DNA from: Candidatus Woesearchaeota archaeon
Lineage (GTDB): Archaea > Nanobdellota > Nanobdellia > Woesearchaeales > WJKV01
Reading direction: 5' to 3'
NCBI GenBank assembly: GCA_019323355.1
Contig: JAHWHI010000014.1
Span: 1-41,643, forward strand
DNA: 41,643 nt
Positions 33,554-41,643 of the stretch are shown piece by piece. The notes under the pieces are model-generated. The model was not told where the DNA came from. It saw nothing but the letters and a program-made list of their open reading frames with translations, and made no database searches. Both the position numbers and the translations under genes were made by a program. How positions within the stretch are numbered: position 1 is the first letter of the stretch; the number at the start of each line of letters is the position of its first letter.

Positions 33554-34159
33554 TTATTGACCTGTGATCAGGATTTTATCCTTTTCTTTCTTCTCTGCCT
33601 TGATTTTTTCTTGTGTAGCATACTCTGGAGCCACTACTGGTGCAGTTTCCTTTACCTTTTCCTTGCTCTTTTTCTTTTCTTCAAGTTTCTTCTTCTTTGC
33701 TTTCTTTTCTTCTGCTTTCTTTTTCTTTTGCCCTTTCTTATCTTCGAACTTTTTCTTCTGATCCTCTAGATATTTCTTTGGATCCTTGATATTTAGGATT
33801 GTGATGCCTTTCTTGCCTGCTTCCTCAATAACCTGGGCTTTTTTCTTTGCTCCAAGAGTAGAGCTCAATATGATTCCATGCTGATTCTTGTCCAGCAAAG
33901 CCACGTCGGAAACATTGGAAATTAATACTGGGGCGTATCCAGATGGATGCAGTCCTCGTACCAAAACTGGAGATTTCCAACCAATTTGTATCTTTCTCCG
34001 ATAGCCTCTCTTGTTAAGGCGGATCTTTGAGTGCAATCCGCGAGGTCTTCTCCACTTCTTTGGGAGTGCGATCTTTTTATGAGCATCCTGATAGATAAAA
34101 CTAGGTTTCTTTGCCTTTGTCTTTTTTCTCTGTTCCAATAATGCTTTCTTATCTGCCAT
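33554..34159 (-). CDS. rpl32e: 50S ribosomal protein eL32 with a long K/E-rich C-terminal extension
   Basis: KKWRRPRGLHSKIRLNKRGY...VRGLHPSGY...ILSSTLGAKKK. Confidence 0.9.
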   Translation of the reverse strand: MADKKALLEQRKKTKAKKPSFIYQDAHKKIALPKKWRRPRGLHSKIRLNKRGYRRKIQIGWKSPVLVRGLHPSGYAPVLISNVSDVALLDKNQHGIILSSTLGAKKKAQVIEEAGKKGITILNIKDPKKYLEDQKKKFEDKKGQKKKKAEEKKAKKKKLEEKKKSKEKVKETAPVVAPEYATQEKIKAEKKEKDKILITGQ

Positions 34160-34161
34160 TT

Positions 34162-34743
34162 TTATGCTATTTTCTTTCCGTCTTTCTCAACAATATATAT
34201 CCCATCCTGGAATATCCTTGAATCACGGCCGCTAATCTTTGTCAGCTGTTCAATATTTCCAGCTGTCTGGCCTGCAGATTCCTTGTTTATGCTTTCGACT
34301 GTAATTTCTGTGCCCTGCACAGTGACTTTAACATCTTCTGGGAGGACAAGCCTACGAGGAACAGCCTCTCCAAGGAAATTCTTGATCACGAATTCTTTTG
34401 GAGTGCATGAAACATTCATAGGGAAGTGGCCAGAGCAGATCTTTAATTTATAGATGTGGCCTTTTGTGACTCCTTTGAACATAGTCTTAAGATGGGCCTC
34501 AAGAGTTCCGCCAACCTTTCCTTCTCTACGGGTTGCCCTCTCTGCTGTGATCAGTGCTTTATTCCCTTCGACTGAAATCTTCAAGTTAGGGGTTAAAAAC
34601 CTCCGGGTCAACGATTTTCCGCCAGCAGTGGCAGTAACATCAAAGCCAGCAACCTCTAGCTTGATCCCTTCCGGAATCTCAACTTCAACACGAAGCCCTT
34701 CCTTTAAGTTGCTCTTTGATTTCTTCTTTTTTGCCATCTTCAA
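34162..34743 (-). CDS. rpl6: 50S ribosomal protein uL6
   Basis: GVTKGHIYKLKICSGHFPMNV...IKNFLGEAVPR...AGQTAGNIEQLT...RIFQDGIYI. Confidence 0.92.
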   Translation of the reverse strand: MKMAKKKKSKSNLKEGLRVEVEIPEGIKLEVAGFDVTATAGGKSLTRRFLTPNLKISVEGNKALITAERATRREGKVGGTLEAHLKTMFKGVTKGHIYKLKICSGHFPMNVSCTPKEFVIKNFLGEAVPRRLVLPEDVKVTVQGTEITVESINKESAGQTAGNIEQLTKISGRDSRIFQDGIYIVEKDGKKIA

Positions 34744-35129
34744 TAACAGTAAGCTATCAGTATTCCTCCAGTCTTTTTCTCGATCGCGTCCTTGTGGGTC
34801 ATGATCCCGAACGGAGTTGACAGGATAATTACACCAAAATCCTTTGCTGGAAGATACTGCTTCTCGCTTTTCTCCATCTCAGTAACTTTTACTGAAAATC
34901 TTGGTTTGATAACACCGCAATCATTAATCTTACCTAAAAGGCTAACTTTCAAGTATCCGCCTTTTCCTTTTCCTTCTTCGTAAGTTCCAATATAACCTTC
35001 CTTATGCAAGATATCAAATATCAGTTTGATTGTATTGCTGACTGGTTTGATAATTACCTCGGTCCTTCCGATTTTTTCGTGTTGCGCCAACATTGAAAGC
35101 GCGTTTGCCAATGGGTCATTCAAAACCAT
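34740..35129 (-). CDS. rps8: 30S ribosomal protein uS8
   Basis: NDPLANALSMLAQHEK...ILHKEGYIG...GGILIAYCY. Confidence 0.92.
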   Translation of the reverse strand: MVLNDPLANALSMLAQHEKIGRTEVIIKPVSNTIKLIFDILHKEGYIGTYEEGKGKGGYLKVSLLGKINDCGVIKPRFSVKVTEMEKSEKQYLPAKDFGVIILSTPFGIMTHKDAIEKKTGGILIAYCY

Positions 35130-35138
35130 TTTACCTCG

Positions 35139-35381
35139 CTATGAATATTGTTTGAATCCTATTTTTGTTGCAATCTGCCTGAAGCATCTCCTGCACAGGT
35201 TTAACCCGAAACGGGAAACAAAACCGTGGGTGGTGCCGCATCGGACACACTTGTGTCTTGCACGACCGCAAGTCCTCTTTTTAGGAGTGCTGTGCTTCAT
35301 GAACTTCTTCAATTTAACAGGATTATTATTCAATTGTTTCAATATTTTTGTCCAGTTTGCAGTTGTCATTTTAAGCCTCAA
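35139..35381 (-). CDS. rps14: 30S ribosomal protein uS14 (zinc-binding type)
   Basis: CVRCGTTHGFVSRFGLNLCRRCFRQIATKIGFKQYS. The start is uncertain (ATG at 35381, 35369 or 35300). 35369 lies just after the uL5 stop. Confidence 0.85.
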   Translation of the reverse strand: MRLKMTTANWTKILKQLNNNPVKLKKFMKHSTPKKRTCGRARHKCVRCGTTHGFVSRFGLNLCRRCFRQIATKIGFKQYS

Positions 35382-35889
35382 CTATTGTTACATCGAAATT
35401 AGTCTTTATGAATTCCATTGCGTCCTCTTTTGATATCCTGTGACGGGATGGAATCTTTTTCTTCTGATATTTCCTATTCTTTATCCGGAAACCCGGTCGT
35501 GTGAGTGTGATTGCAGCCTCGAAACCCAGGATTCCGATGTCAGCATCGTATTTTATGTCTGGCAGGTCGATATATTCGTGAATGCCAAATGAAAAGTTTC
35601 CTTGATCGTCAAACATTCTGCTCTTCAATTTGTTTTCCTTAGCTCGGAGCAGTCTCTTAAGCAAGACTCCTGCCTCAGCACCTCGGATAGTCAGCTTGCA
35701 GCCGATAGGTAGATTCTTTCTAAGACCCCATGCTGCAATCCTTTCCTTAGATAAGGTCTTCACTGGCTGACGGCCAGCAAGAGTCTTGATCAGTTTTATT
35801 CCTTTATCTAGTCTGGACTGGTCCTTGCCTGCACCGAAGTTCAGGGTCAGTTTCTCTATCCGGATCTCTCTCATATTGCTCATTTTCAA
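35371..35889 (-). CDS. rpl5: 50S ribosomal protein uL5
   Basis: REIRIEKLTLNFGAG...IGCKLTIRG...FSFGIHEYIDLP...DADIGILGFE. Confidence 0.92.
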   Translation of the reverse strand: MKMSNMREIRIEKLTLNFGAGKDQSRLDKGIKLIKTLAGRQPVKTLSKERIAAWGLRKNLPIGCKLTIRGAEAGVLLKRLLRAKENKLKSRMFDDQGNFSFGIHEYIDLPDIKYDADIGILGFEAAITLTRPGFRIKNRKYQKKKIPSRHRISKEDAMEFIKTNFDVTIVEA

Positions 35890-36584
35890 ACCGTAATCAA
35901 TGGTTCTTTTTCTCCAATTACGTATGCAAATTTCTTCAAGGTTGTGAATTGTTCGCTTTTTGTCTTGACAATTATCTGATCAGCGTACTGTTTCCGTTTG
36001 ATTATCTCGACAACTTTTCCGACAGAACCGATGTGCTTTCCGCCTGTCAATAACACTGCAGCATCTTTCTTGAATTCAAGTCTTTTTGAAATCTTTCCTG
36101 TTGAATTGTCGATAACAACTGAATCTCCAGTCTTGTAATCTTCCTTGGTAAAAATATTTGTTCCATCATGAAGATGGACTGCTGCCTTCCCCCCTTTCAT
36201 AGAGGATTTATTGTTTATCTTTGCAATCCGTTTTGTTGCATCATTTTCGTCAATCTCAACAAATGTCAGCTTGTTCTTGTTATTTAACAGAACCCGGAAG
36301 TTCATCTTGACACGCGGCAAGGAGATCACATCCATAAGGCCGACAATTCTTCGTGGATCCTTTACAATTTTTCCATTCAACATCAGATCTCTATTATTCA
36401 GTATAAACTTGACCTCTTTTGAGGTATCAGCAATCTGAAGGACATCCCTAAGCACGACTATCAACGGCATTCCGTAAGCAAAGCTATGCGCGCCAGGTTT
36501 TGGTTTTGCGATATAAGGGGTATTTTTCCTCTGGATGCGCCAGGTTCTTGGTGCTGCCAATCTCATTAAGTGATTTCTTACCAT
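35886..36584 (-). CDS. rps4e: 30S ribosomal protein eS4
   Basis: HLMRLAAPRTWRIQRK...GAHS...PLIVVLRD...VGLMDVISL and a KOW region. Confidence 0.92.
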   Translation of the reverse strand: MVRNHLMRLAAPRTWRIQRKNTPYIAKPKPGAHSFAYGMPLIVVLRDVLQIADTSKEVKFILNNRDLMLNGKIVKDPRRIVGLMDVISLPRVKMNFRVLLNNKNKLTFVEIDENDATKRIAKINNKSSMKGGKAAVHLHDGTNIFTKEDYKTGDSVVIDNSTGKISKRLEFKKDAAVLLTGGKHIGSVGKVVEIIKRKQYADQIIVKTKSEQFTTLKKFAYVIGEKEPLITV

Positions 36585-36593
36585 TTTATCTCC

Positions 36594-37019
36594 TTATTTT
36601 TGTTTCTCTTTAGCTTTTGTTTCAGCTTTTTTCTTTTTCTGCGGAGTCTTTTTCTCCTTGAAGCGGAATTTATCGTCAGTAACCAGAGAGGTTATCTGAA
36701 GATTGGAAGGATGGACAGGATATGCTGCCTCTGAACCGTCCTTTTTTGTGACCCTGATCTTTTCCAGGTAAATCTTAGCTCTCTTGACATTTACTCTGTC
36801 AACCTTAGCTTCCTGGCCCTTGAACTGTCCTCTTAGTATCTTAACGCGATCACCAACTCTGATCGGTGATGAACGAACCTTATATTTCTCACGCAGAGGC
36901 TTTATCAGGTTGGCGGACATAAACTTCCGTTGGATATGTATTGGAGCTTTCGCTCGATATTTCCTCTGCTTTCCCGGATTCTTACTTGAATTCCATTTCT
37001 TTGAAAATTCTTTTTTCAT
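36594..37019 (-). CDS. rpl24: 50S ribosomal protein uL24
   Basis: KOW motif RVGDRVKILRGQFKGQEAKVDRV and VHPSNLQIT. Confidence 0.9.
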   Translation of the reverse strand: MKKEFSKKWNSSKNPGKQRKYRAKAPIHIQRKFMSANLIKPLREKYKVRSSPIRVGDRVKILRGQFKGQEAKVDRVNVKRAKIYLEKIRVTKKDGSEAAYPVHPSNLQITSLVTDDKFRFKEKKTPQKKKKAETKAKEKQK

Positions 37020-37023
37020 TTTC

Positions 37024-37425
37024 CTACACTATGATCTTTGAGAGTTTTGCAACTCCAGGCCATCTTTCTGCTGCTTCTTTTGCAACTGGGCCTTTCAGCA
37101 ATGTCCCTTTCGGGTTCCCTTTATCGTCTTTAAGGATGACAACTGCATTATCTTCAAATTTGATGCGCATGCCGTTAGGCCGCCTGTACTCTCTCTTTTG
37201 CCTTACTGGCACTGCAAAAACAACCTGCTTCCGCATCTCCTTGGTTCCTTTTTTTACTGAAACTAGTATCAAGTCGCCAATACCTGCCGAGCTTATCCTT
37301 CTCTTTACTGTTTTTGCCAGCTTCACACTGACTACTCGGACTAATTTTGCCCCGCTATTATCGCATGTCGCGACAAACGAGCCTTGGTTCAAACCTTTTG
37401 TGATGCTGCTTCTTGATGCTTTCAT
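37024..37425 (-). CDS. rpl14: 50S ribosomal protein uL14
   Basis: VATCDNSGAK...IGDLILVSVKKG...IKFEDNAVVIL...GPVAKE. Confidence 0.93.
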   Translation of the reverse strand: MKASRSSITKGLNQGSFVATCDNSGAKLVRVVSVKLAKTVKRRISSAGIGDLILVSVKKGTKEMRKQVVFAVPVRQKREYRRPNGMRIKFEDNAVVILKDDKGNPKGTLLKGPVAKEAAERWPGVAKLSKIIV

Positions 37426-37766
37426 TCTTCTTCACTCATGTTTTCAATTATGACAAATCTTTTTGTCTTACTGATTGGACGCGATTCCATCAGTTTTACG
37501 ACATCTCCTTCTTTTGCATTTATACATAAAGGATTATGAACTCTTATCTTGCTGGTCCGTTTCTCGAATCGATTGTATTTTGGAAGATAGTGCCTTCTAT
37601 CTCGTTCTACTGTCGCAGTTTTCAAGATTTTTGCTGCTTTGACAGTTCCGGTCAAGATTTTGCCGCGAATTTTCAGCCTGCCGTGAAACGGACAATGCTT
37701 GTCCTCACAGACATTCTTTGGCGGTTGAACCTCAACACCAATGTTGTTCACTTTTTGTTCTTTCAA
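37422..37766 (-). CDS. rps17: 30S ribosomal protein uS17
   Basis: CEDKHCPFHGRLKIRGKILTGTV...HNPLCINAKEGDVVKLMESRPISKTKRF. The TTG at 37766 is preceded by GGTGA (7-nt spacer) and follows the rnp1 stop, giving a homolog-like length. The ORF track extends to the TTG at 37823, which overlaps rnp1. Confidence 0.85.
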   Translation of the reverse strand: MKEQKVNNIGVEVQPPKNVCEDKHCPFHGRLKIRGKILTGTVKAAKILKTATVERDRRHYLPKYNRFEKRTSKIRVHNPLCINAKEGDVVKLMESRPISKTKRFVIIENMSEEE

Positions 37767-37773
37767 TTTAATT

Positions 37774-38034
37774 TCACCTTTTGATACGTTCTTCTGGCCG
37801 GCCGCTGATGATCTGGCCAGCAAGTCTTATGCCAAGCTCAAGAACTTCAAGCTTGACCACCTGATCTTTTAGTATCGTGATCTCACGGCCGTTATCGTCG
37901 ATAACGATCGTATTCGCAGTCTCATCAACAACCTTTCCTGTGAGACCGTGAATGTCTTTGTTTTTTGCCTCCACAATCCTGATTGTGAAGCCTATGATCT
38001 CTCCCCGAAAACGAGGATTTTCATTTGTTTTCAT
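37774..38034 (-). CDS. rnp1: RNase P protein component 1 (Rpp29/Pop4)
   Basis: Sm-like barrel GFTIRIVEAKNKDIHGLTGKVVDETANTIVI, in the conserved archaeal position between SUI1 and uS17. Confidence 0.8.
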   Translation of the reverse strand: MKTNENPRFRGEIIGFTIRIVEAKNKDIHGLTGKVVDETANTIVIDDNGREITILKDQVVKLEVLELGIRLAGQIISGRPEERIKR

Positions 38035-38040
38035 TGGCCT

Positions 38041-38349
38041 TTATTTGACTTCGATTGTTTCTGGGGCAAATCCCTGTGCTGTCAGTATCTGTTTGACCTG
38101 TCTTTTATGGTCGCCCTGAAGTTCGATCTGGTTGCCCTTGTGAGTGCCACCGCACGCAAGCTTCAGTTTGAGTTTTTTGGTCAATTCTTCGATATTAATG
38201 TCAGTCACGTTTATCCCTGTGATTATGGTGTATATCTTTCCGAATTTTCTTTTTTCGGACCTGACAACTATCTTTTGACTTTCCTTTGCGATTGTCTCGC
38301 AAACGCAAAGTTCTTTTGGGAGCCCACACTTGGAGCATATATTACTCAT
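38041..38349 (-). CDS. Translation initiation factor aSUI1/eIF1
   Basis: N-terminal CxxC...CxC knuckle (CSKCGLPKELCVC) and SUI1 domain (RKFGKIYTIITGI...LKLACGGT...IELQGDHR-like). Confidence 0.88.
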   Translation of the reverse strand: MSNICSKCGLPKELCVCETIAKESQKIVVRSEKRKFGKIYTIITGINVTDINIEELTKKLKLKLACGGTHKGNQIELQGDHKRQVKQILTAQGFAPETIEVK

Positions 38350-38534
38350 TTTTTCGTTTTTTTGGTTGTTTTTATTCTTGCCAGGATTCTTTTTATCTGT
38401 TTGATCCTACCGGAATTTTCTGGCGAGGTTCCAGTAGCGACTTTAGCGTAAAGTTTCATCAGCTCTTTCTTTAATTCAGCTTCCTTGTTCTTCAGGTCTT
38501 CCTGACCAAGTTGCGCAATCTCTCTGAATTTCAT
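38346..38534 (-). CDS. rpl29: 50S ribosomal protein uL29
   Basis: EIAQLGQEDLKNKEAELKKELMKL...IKQIKRILARI. Confidence 0.88.
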   Translation of the reverse strand: MKFREIAQLGQEDLKNKEAELKKELMKLYAKVATGTSPENSGRIKQIKRILARIKTTKKTKK

Positions 38535-38536
38535 TT

Positions 38537-39421
38537 TTATTCTTCTTTTCCGGAATCTTCGGATTCTTCAGCTTTTTCAGATTCTTCATTCTGTTTCTTT
38601 TTTGGAGCAGCGGTCTTCTTTTTTGCTGCTTTTTCATCTTTAACATCCTTCTGATCTTTCTCTTCAGGCTTCTCTGCTGCTTCCTCTACGGACTCTTCAA
38701 TTAGTTCTTCTGTAGGCTCTTCAAAAAACTCAACAGCCTCTTCTTCATCTTTGTCCTCAACCTTTGGAAGTGCAGCGCCTCCAGCCTTTGCAGCTTCGAC
38801 ACGCATCTGTGCTTCAGATACTTCTGCGCCGTACAGCTCAATATTATCTGGCAGCTGGATTGTCGGCGGCATAATCTTGACCTGGACTCCGACAACGCCG
38901 GTCTTTAGATTGGCGATCTGGTGCGCCTTGTCAACATCATATTGTGAAGTGCTTCCGGATTTCTTGATGTACCCCTGGAAAAAACGCCAGGATTTTGCAC
39001 GAGCGCCCGGAATACGTCCAGACATGTGAATCTCGATACCCAGAGCGCCTGCACTCATTACATTCTCGAGTGTGCTGTGGCCTATCCTCTTGAAACGTGC
39101 GATGCCGAATCGTTCCAAAGCACGGACAATACGTTCGCAAACAACACGTGCATCAAGCATCGGCTCGTCGATCTCGCTGATCTCCACCTGTGGATTCTCT
39201 AATTTGAAATTTGATTTCAATGAACTTGATAACTCTCTGATATTCTCTCCTTTTTTTCCGACAACAAGGCCTGGTTTTGCAGCGAAAACAATAACCTTGT
39301 CACCTAACGGAGTCTTTTTTATCTGGGTTCTGCTATGCCCTGCGCCAGGAACTAGCCCATGGATGAACTCCTGTACTTTGAATTCTCTCAATTTATCCTT
39401 TACAAATTTTCTTTCAATCAT
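38537..39421 (-). CDS. rps3: 30S ribosomal protein uS3 with a long E/K-rich C-terminal extension
   Basis: KH domain PGLVVGKKGENIREL and the C-terminal domain GALGIEIHMSGRIPGARAKSWRF. Confidence 0.92.
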   Translation of the reverse strand: MIERKFVKDKLREFKVQEFIHGLVPGAGHSRTQIKKTPLGDKVIVFAAKPGLVVGKKGENIRELSSSLKSNFKLENPQVEISEIDEPMLDARVVCERIVRALERFGIARFKRIGHSTLENVMSAGALGIEIHMSGRIPGARAKSWRFFQGYIKKSGSTSQYDVDKAHQIANLKTGVVGVQVKIMPPTIQLPDNIELYGAEVSEAQMRVEAAKAGGAALPKVEDKDEEEAVEFFEEPTEELIEESVEEAAEKPEEKDQKDVKDEKAAKKKTAAPKKKQNEESEKAEESEDSGKEE

Positions 39422-39981
39422 TGTGATATTTTCTCCTCTTGCTTGACTTCTGGTTTTGGCGCTGGTTTCTCAGCAGCCTTTGGTTTTTCTTCTACTTTCT
39501 GAACATTCTTCGCAACTGGTGCCTTTTTCTGTTTCTCTCTTTCTTTCTTCACGCTTTCCCTTAATACTATCTCGACATGAGTACGTTTCATTGACCTGTT
39601 TCCCTGCCTTCCTCTTCTCATAGGGGCTGATGCCTTATGTGCGCATGTATGGCAGATCTCAAGACGTCCTGTTGCCAGGCCTTTGCTCTGCGCGTTTGCC
39701 TGCGCATTCTCGACAATACCAAGTATTGCCTTGGCTGCCTTGATAGGATAACGGCCAGGCCCAATCTTTTTTTTATGGCCTACATTATCATTGAATCTCC
39801 GGAATGGCACTGCTTCCTTCAAGATAATTACATTGTTAAGGTAAGTCAAGATTTTCTCTACAGACTTACCCCGGATCTTGCTGCAAATCTCGATAGCATG
39901 CTTTGTTGAGATAGGAAGATCTCTACCAACGGCACATGCCATATTCTCTTCGATTTTGCAACTGTAGTTGTATTTTGCCAT
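39418..39981 (-). CDS. rpl22: 50S ribosomal protein uL22
   Basis: LPISTKHAIEICSKIRGK...GRYPIKAAKAIL..NAQANA...RTHVEIVL. Confidence 0.92.
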   Translation of the reverse strand: MAKYNYSCKIEENMACAVGRDLPISTKHAIEICSKIRGKSVEKILTYLNNVIILKEAVPFRRFNDNVGHKKKIGPGRYPIKAAKAILGIVENAQANAQSKGLATGRLEICHTCAHKASAPMRRGRQGNRSMKRTHVEIVLRESVKKEREKQKKAPVAKNVQKVEEKPKAAEKPAPKPEVKQEEKISQ

Positions 39982-39983
39982 TT

Positions 39984-40364
39984 TTATCTTACTGAAATGG
40001 ATGAAGTCGACTTAGTAGCTCCGATACCCGGCGCACTATGCGCGACTTTCTTTCTTGACAATGATATTTCTCCTAGACGATGGCCGACCATCTCTGGAAG
40101 GATGTAAATCTCTTCAAAGGCATTGCCTCTGTGGATTCCTATTGTTAAACCTACCATCTCTGGAAGCACAACCATCTGACGAGCATGAGTCTTCAGCTTC
40201 TTCTTTCCTGCACGGATCTTCTCGAGCAAGCTTTTCTCTTCTACTGTCAACCCCCTCTTCAGTGAACGTCTGTTCCTGCTGTTGGTCAAGTCAGCGAACT
40301 CTGTGATGCTAAGCTTCTTCAGCTCTTCAATGGTTTTTCCCTTGTATGTAAATTCTTTTGCCAT
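39984..40364 (-). CDS. rps19: 30S ribosomal protein uS19
   Basis: RRSLKRGL...PEMVGLTIGIHRGNAF...PEMVGHRLGE. Confidence 0.92.
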   Translation of the reverse strand: MAKEFTYKGKTIEELKKLSITEFADLTNSRNRRSLKRGLTVEEKSLLEKIRAGKKKLKTHARQMVVLPEMVGLTIGIHRGNAFEEIYILPEMVGHRLGEISLSRKKVAHSAPGIGATKSTSSISVR

Positions 40365-40383
40365 TTTGATTATCCTTGTTTAC

Positions 40384-41100
40384 CTATTTACCTTTTTTTC
40401 TACCTGTCCGTTTCGGAGCAATCTTTCCAACTTTTCTTCCTCTAGGCGCACGACGTGCTGTCTGTGTAGGCTTTCCTTTATGATGCGAAGATTTTCCACC
40501 GAACGGGTGGTCGACTGCGTTCATTGAAACACCACAGACCTGAGGGTAGAGTTTGCTTCTTGCTCTGTGAGCGTGAAATCTTTTTCCTGCTTTTAGCATC
40601 GGCTTCTCCAATCTTCCGCCGCCAGCGACAGTCCCGATGCTTGCTCTGCATTTTGGATCTATTGTCTTTCTCTTTTTTGATGGAAGCTGGATGACAACCC
40701 CTTCTGGAGTTTTCATGATTATCCTTGCTGAAACACCAGATGAACGTACCAACTTTCCTCCGTCTCCTGGAGAAAGTTCAATATTATGCACCAAAGTTCC
40801 TTCTGGCAGTGATTCCAAGGGTCCTGTGCATCCCGGATCATAACTTATCGTGTCACCGTACTGGATGGATGAACCAACATGAATATTTTCTGGCGCGACA
40901 ATGTGTGCTATCTGGCCGTCCTCAAACTCTAGCTTTGCCAGAGGCGCTGAATGGCCTGGACAATGGATAAGGTCAATGACCTTTGCTTTCTTTACTTCTG
41001 TTGAAATAGGAATATGTCTAGATGGGGCTTTGAACTTAAAGCCGTGCGCTTTGTATTTTGGACTTCGTCCTCTTTGCCTGATTATTGGTCGCTTTCCCAT
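40384..41100 (-). CDS. rpl2: 50S ribosomal protein uL2
   Basis: GTLVHNIELSPGDGGKLVRSSG...GVSMNAVDHPFGGKSSHHKGKP. Confidence 0.95.
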   Translation of the reverse strand: MGKRPIIRQRGRSPKYKAHGFKFKAPSRHIPISTEVKKAKVIDLIHCPGHSAPLAKLEFEDGQIAHIVAPENIHVGSSIQYGDTISYDPGCTGPLESLPEGTLVHNIELSPGDGGKLVRSSGVSARIIMKTPEGVVIQLPSKKRKTIDPKCRASIGTVAGGGRLEKPMLKAGKRFHAHRARSKLYPQVCGVSMNAVDHPFGGKSSHHKGKPTQTARRAPRGRKVGKIAPKRTGRKKGK

Positions 41101-41101
41101 C

Positions 41102-41563
41102 TTATATCATCCCCAAGTCTGTCGCGATATCAATCGCAGGGGTCTCGAATGAAAACTTGATGTAGGCGCGCTTCTGTCCCTTAACTGTGTTCAGCATATT
41201 GACAGATGCAACCTTGACTTTGAAGATTGTCTCGATCGCCTTTTTAACTTCCTGCTTGTTTGCCCGTTTGTCAACGACGAACAGCAGTTTGTTTTCGCCT
41301 TCCATCAACCTAACACCTTTTTCTGTTGATAGCGGAAATAAGATAACGTCATACGGATCAAGGGATTCTTTTGCTTTTGCAAACTTTCTTTTCTTTTTCC
41401 CTCTTAATTCTCCTTTCTTTTTTGTCCTGGTTTCCTTGCTTTTTACCATACCAACCTTCTTGCTAGGCAGATTCGCTTTCTTTTTTGGAACTATGACTTT
41501 CTTTTTTCTTACTTTCGTCTTTTTTTCTTTTTTCTCTGTTCCTTTTTTCTTTGCTTCTGCCAT
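41102..41563 (-). CDS. rpl23: 50S ribosomal protein uL23 with a ~70-aa Lys-rich N-terminal extension
   Basis: Core DPYDVILFPLSTEKGVRLMEGENKLLFVVDKRANKQEVKKAIE. ATG at 41563 (TTG at 41569 in the ORF track). Confidence 0.9.
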   Translation of the reverse strand: MAEAKKKGTEKKEKKTKVRKKKVIVPKKKANLPSKKVGMVKSKETRTKKKGELRGKKKRKFAKAKESLDPYDVILFPLSTEKGVRLMEGENKLLFVVDKRANKQEVKKAIETIFKVKVASVNMLNTVKGQKRAYIKFSFETPAIDIATDLGMI

Positions 41564-41565
41564 TT

Positions 41566-41643
41566 TCAAGTGTATAGCTTTTCTTTTTCTAACAGGTCAA
41601 GTGCTGATGCACTCCATAGTGTCAATCTTCCTGGAACTCCGCC
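41566..41643 (-). CDS. rpl4: 50S ribosomal protein uL4, C-terminal end (gene runs off the right edge)
   Basis: Not in the ORF track. The reverse complement reads GGVPGRLTLWSASALDLLEKEKLYT*, with TGA at 41566-41568. This is a uL4-like C-terminus in the expected position upstream of uL23. Confidence 0.7.
   Translation of the reverse strand, partial: GGVPGRLTLWSASALDLLEKEKLYT

Overview
This is a compact, AT-leaning archaeal chromosomal segment. GC content was judged by eye, not computed. Many genes are separated by 1-4 nt or overlap, and some convergent genes abut. It uses the standard code (TGA, TAA and TAG all act as stops), GGAGG/GGTGA-type Shine-Dalgarno sites and BRE/TATA-like 'AACCTTTAWAWA' elements. 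The gene content and the many Lys/Glu-rich protein tails suggest a small-genome, DPANN-like archaeon, but that placement is inference only. Layout: (1-5.2 kb) a uS2 fragment, the 2H phosphoesterase ThpR and a TRAM protein, then a + strand operon of endA, a tandem winged-helix unknown, FEN1 and Trm5. (5.25-5.35 kb) A GC-richer spacer holds a box C/D-like sRNA candidate. (5.4-10.6 kb) PAN, PmbA-TldD, TyrRS and a small basic ORF. (10.7-12.9 kb) A stand-alone Cas4-like nuclease, a PRC-barrel protein and the RFC small subunit. (12.9-20.4 kb) A five-gene minus-strand operon of uncharacterised envelope proteins is the best candidate for an undescribed system. It encodes three paralogous lipobox proteins, a 1081-aa polytopic protein with Cys-rich modules and a degenerate LytM-like end, and an anchored triple-repeat protein. 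(20.5-27.5 kb) Pelota, a TrmB-family regulator, PheRS alpha/beta and another secreted protein with an acidic tail. (27.5-41.6 kb) The archaeal S10-spc-secY ribosomal supercluster runs on the minus strand from uL4 (partial) to eL14. It lacks adk and cmk and has an extra 4-TM ORF between uL30 and uL15. No tRNA, rRNA, CRISPR array, transposase or integrase was recognised.
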